From NCBI GenBank assembly GCA_964187785.1, contig OZ076413.1, positions 48,052,001 to 48,116,000 on the forward strand: 64,000 nt of DNA, read 5' to 3'. Both the position numbers and the translations under genes were made by a program. The first letter of the stretch is position 1; each line of letters starts with the position of its first letter. Under the pieces are notes generated by a model. The model worked only from the letters and a program-made list of their open reading frames with translations, was not told where the DNA came from and searched no databases. The DNA comes from Amphiscolops sp. MND2022 (Eukaryota). Of this stretch, positions 63,428 through 64,000 are shown one piece after another.

Positions 63428-64000
63428 ATGTCATTGAACAAGAATACACAAATGTGCACTAAAGTGGGAAAAGAATTGAGACTTTCCGAGAGGTAAATCA
63501 CTTTTCCTTACATAGCATATACGGTCAATGGCGTTTGATACTTTTTTCACAATGAACAAGACAGTATGTGGGTGAAGAAAGATGATTTTTTTGCCCTCGG
63601 CTGTAATAATTTTTTCTTGTGTTTCGGTTTGCAGGAACTCTCAACGACGCCAGCGATCAGAAGAAGATTTCAAACTACCCCACGACTTCGAATTCATTTT
63701 TTACTTTCGCAGCGATAATACCTTCATGCGAATTAAACCGGACGACAAATACTGGAAATCCGAATATACCAACACGAAGAAACTAGCTCTCGAGTATGGA
63801 CAAGATGTGACTTTCAATGTTTTGCCTCCAGGGTTATTTGTCTATAAAGGCTTACAGGCACATTTGGAACTAGTGGAGAAATACTTGGACGACGAGATTG
63901 ATAAAGGTTTGCAGATGAGCAAGCTCGATATTTCCTTGGCACTTCAAGAAGCCTTGAAGACGGTTGATGTAGATGACGTCGGCAGGGTTGCAGAGGGAAT
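63428..64000 (+). CDS. Start of an unidentified spliced gene (exon 63428-63492; exon from 63635 to the window end)
   Basis: MSLNKNTQMCTKVGKELRLSE joins via a phase-2 intron (GTAAAT...TTTGCAG) to an exon open to the window end (NSQRRQRSEEDFKLPHDFEFIFYFRSDN...). No family recognised. Confidence 0.55.

Overview
Repeat-rich genomic DNA from an invertebrate animal: spliceosomal introns, HERC2, WDR5 and SLC6 homologues, and a 200-N scaffold gap. The repeat families remind me of acoel assemblies, but I cannot verify this. The main element is a 15.6-kb Ty3/gypsy LTR retrotransposon (5359-21011) with ~1.9-kb LTRs, a 5-bp TSD GAATT and a decayed gag/-1 frameshift/pol. Between integrase and the 3' LTR it carries a two-gene accessory module. 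The first gene is a five-exon ANTISENSE gene (four phase-1 GT-AG introns, ~1120 aa) encoding a BED-like zinc finger plus an apparently catalytically dead hAT-transposase-like body. The second is a divergently oriented short acidic ORF. A highly diverged, decayed copy of the same module (antisense spliced gene, divergent acidic ORF, LTR) lies at 1-3745, so this looks like a conserved feature of a retrotransposon lineage rather than a one-off capture. Three different LTR families here start Gag inside the LTR. The rest of the window holds a 178-bp CpG-rich satellite with higher-order repeats, a non-coding LTR element at the satellite edge, a 920-bp tandem array, several TIR/MITE elements, scrambled HERC2 fragments, the 3' six exons of an SLC6 transporter, a WDR5 pseudogene fragment and the start of an unknown gene.
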